Source of the DNA: Octopus vulgaris
Taxonomy: Eukaryota
Direction: 5' to 3'
Length of the DNA stretch: 64,000 nt
Assembly (NCBI GenBank): GCA_951406725.2
Contig: OX597815.1
Span: forward strand, 192,324,001-192,388,000
In this document: in pieces, positions 61,937-64,000 of the stretch
How positions within the stretch are numbered: position 1 is the first letter of the stretch
How the letters are laid out: every line of letters starts with the position of its first letter
Position numbers and translations under genes: made by a program
The notes under the pieces: model-generated
Told to the model about the DNA's origin: nothing
Database searches by the model: none
Seen by the model: only the letters and a program-made list of their open reading frames with translations

Positions 61937-62155
61937 CATGAGGAGATGCTCAAAAGTTCCTGGCTGTGGGTAAAAGAAAATTCAGGAGAATCGATTAATT
62001 ATGATTTTATTCCACATATTCCTCTCTCAGATTCCCGCGTTTATTGCAGACATCCTTCAGTTTTTATAAGTCCTGCAAAAGTGCTCGGAAGGTTGGGCCT
62101 CCAAGCAGACCTTTCGTGATACCATTAAAGCCAGGAACTTGGCAGAACCCTCTCG
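61937..62155. mobile_element. mariner-type MITE, diverged sibling of 1777-1992
   Basis: Homologous to 1777-1992 along its whole length. Confidence 0.7.
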
Positions 62156-62649
62156 AAGAGAAAGAGAGGGAGAGAGAGAAAGAAAAGCAAAGAGAGAGAA
62201 AGGAAGAAAGAGAAAGAGATCCATATCTACATACATAAGACAGTGAGAGGTAGCAAAAAAGGAAATATATTAATGGAGGCGCCTGTAGATAAAATGAGGG
62301 AGATTTGGTTACTGCTTCTTGCAGGTCAACAGAATACGTAGAAGCATCGCCATTAGCGTATTCTCATTTTCTTAGATTCGAAATCCCACCGTTTCGAAAA
62401 TATTATACGATCACGAACTTAATTTCTCCAGTGAAGTTAATAAACCATTCTCAAAATAAAGTGTTAAGGAGATTTACTCAATATCGCAGAGAATCCATGT
62501 GGCGCCAACCGATTGAGAAACCATTTAGCAGACTAATGAAACCGAAACCCATCGTCCAAGAATACATTACATTATACATTATTTAAAAATGAATAAATAT
62601 TCATTAACTTGAAGCATTATATAGGACGACCGAGTTTTTAGAACCTTTT

Positions 62650-63245
62650 CTAATCTAGGCACAGGGCCTGAAATTTTGGAGGAGGGAGCCAATCTATTAT
62701 ATCGACCTCAATATGCAACTGGTAATTAATTTATCAACCCCAAAAAGATGAAAGGTAAAGTCGACCTCGGCGGAATTTGAACTCAGAACGTAAAGACAGA
62801 CGAAATACCTATTTGTTTACTACCCACAGAGAAGACAAACAAGGACAGACAAACGGATTAAGTCGATTACATCGACCCCAGTGCGTAACTGGTACTTAAT
62901 TTATCGACCCCGAAAGGATGAAAGGCAAAGTCGACCTCGGCGGAATTTGAACTCAGAACGTAACAGCAGACGAAATACTGCTAAGCATTTCGCCCGGCGT
63001 GCTAGCGTTTCTTATTTCTTCACTGCCCATAAGGTGCTAAACACAGAAGAGACAAACAAGGACAGACAATCGGATTAAGTCGATTATATAGACCCCAGTG
63101 CGTAACTGGTACTTAATTTATCGACCCCGAAAGGATGAAAGGCAAAGTCGACCTCAGCGGAATTTAAACTCAGAATGTAACAGCAGACGAAATACTGCTA
63201 AGCATTTTGCCCGGTGTGCTAACGGTTCTGCCAGCTTGCCGCCTT
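62650..63245 (-). mobile_element. SINE family B tandem trimer
   Basis: Three consecutive cores (aggatgaaaggcaaagtcgacctc or a close variant). Confidence 0.88.
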
Positions 63246-64000
63246 CCGAGTCTTATGAACACAAGAGAAAATATAGAAATGCTTTGCAGTAGCTGTTGCG
63301 GTTTTGTATACACTGAGTTCAAATTCTGCTGAGGTCAACTTTACCCTTCATTCTCTCGGGGTCGATAATATAAAGTACCAGTCAAGTACTGGTTCCGTGG
63401 TATCGATTGGCAACCCTCCTCTCCCTAACGTTGCTAACCTTGTGCCTAAATGAGAAATTAGTGAAAGCTGGCGAGCTGGTCGAGTCGTTAAAGTACCGGG
63501 AAGAATGGCATGCATTATTTGTTCCAGCTCTTTACATTCTGAGTTCGAATTCCGCTGAAGTTAAATTTGGCTTTCATTCTTTCGAGTCGATAAAATAAAA
63601 TACCCATCAATTAATTATTGAAGTCGATTTCATCAACTGCTGACCTTAAAATTCCTGGCTTTGCGTATGTTAGAATCTAGATATGGGGTGTAGGGTAGTA
63701 GCATTCATGCCTCTCCCAAAATTAGAGAATGGTAAACTTCATCCTTTGCTCAATTTTAAGTCACTACTTGCCACTTGAATGACGGGTCCATTAGCGGAGT
63801 TTAACTCAACTGCGAATATCAGAGCCATGGTTTCACTAAGATGGTGATTATTTTTCTGTCAAGCCGGAAGCCTTGCGAAGGATCATCTGAAGCAATGTCA
63901 TTTTAAAGTAGAAAACTAAAGATGTTGAGTACCCGGAAGACCCACAGGCCTTTGAATAATATATATACGTTATATTTTGCGTCATCTACATAAAGCTGAA

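Overview
Eukaryotic, AT-rich, repeat-dominated DNA with no confidently identifiable host gene. The three abundant tRNA-derived SINE families and the extreme microsatellite load resemble an octopus (cephalopod) genome; this assignment is an inference, not a search result. The window is a mosaic of dead or non-autonomous elements: mariner and Tc1 transposase relics, several MITEs, non-autonomous Helitrons, an internally deleted Gypsy with one LTR, HERO-, R4/Dong-, RTE- and CR1-type LINE fragments, and many Penelope-like (PLE) ends sitting in (TA)n tracts. An ~8.4 kb purine-pyrimidine alternating array (37.6-46.1 kb) explains all the giant ORFs. The most notable signals are: (i) seven sequence-unrelated hairpins, several folding back right at a hammerhead-ribozyme 3' half; (ii) one complete minimal type I hammerhead at 36699-36772 (minus); (iii) a MITE with a telomere-repeat core nested in a foldback; (iv) apparent partitioning of retroelement families among different microsatellite targets. 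Coordinates were read by eye and may be off by a few bases.
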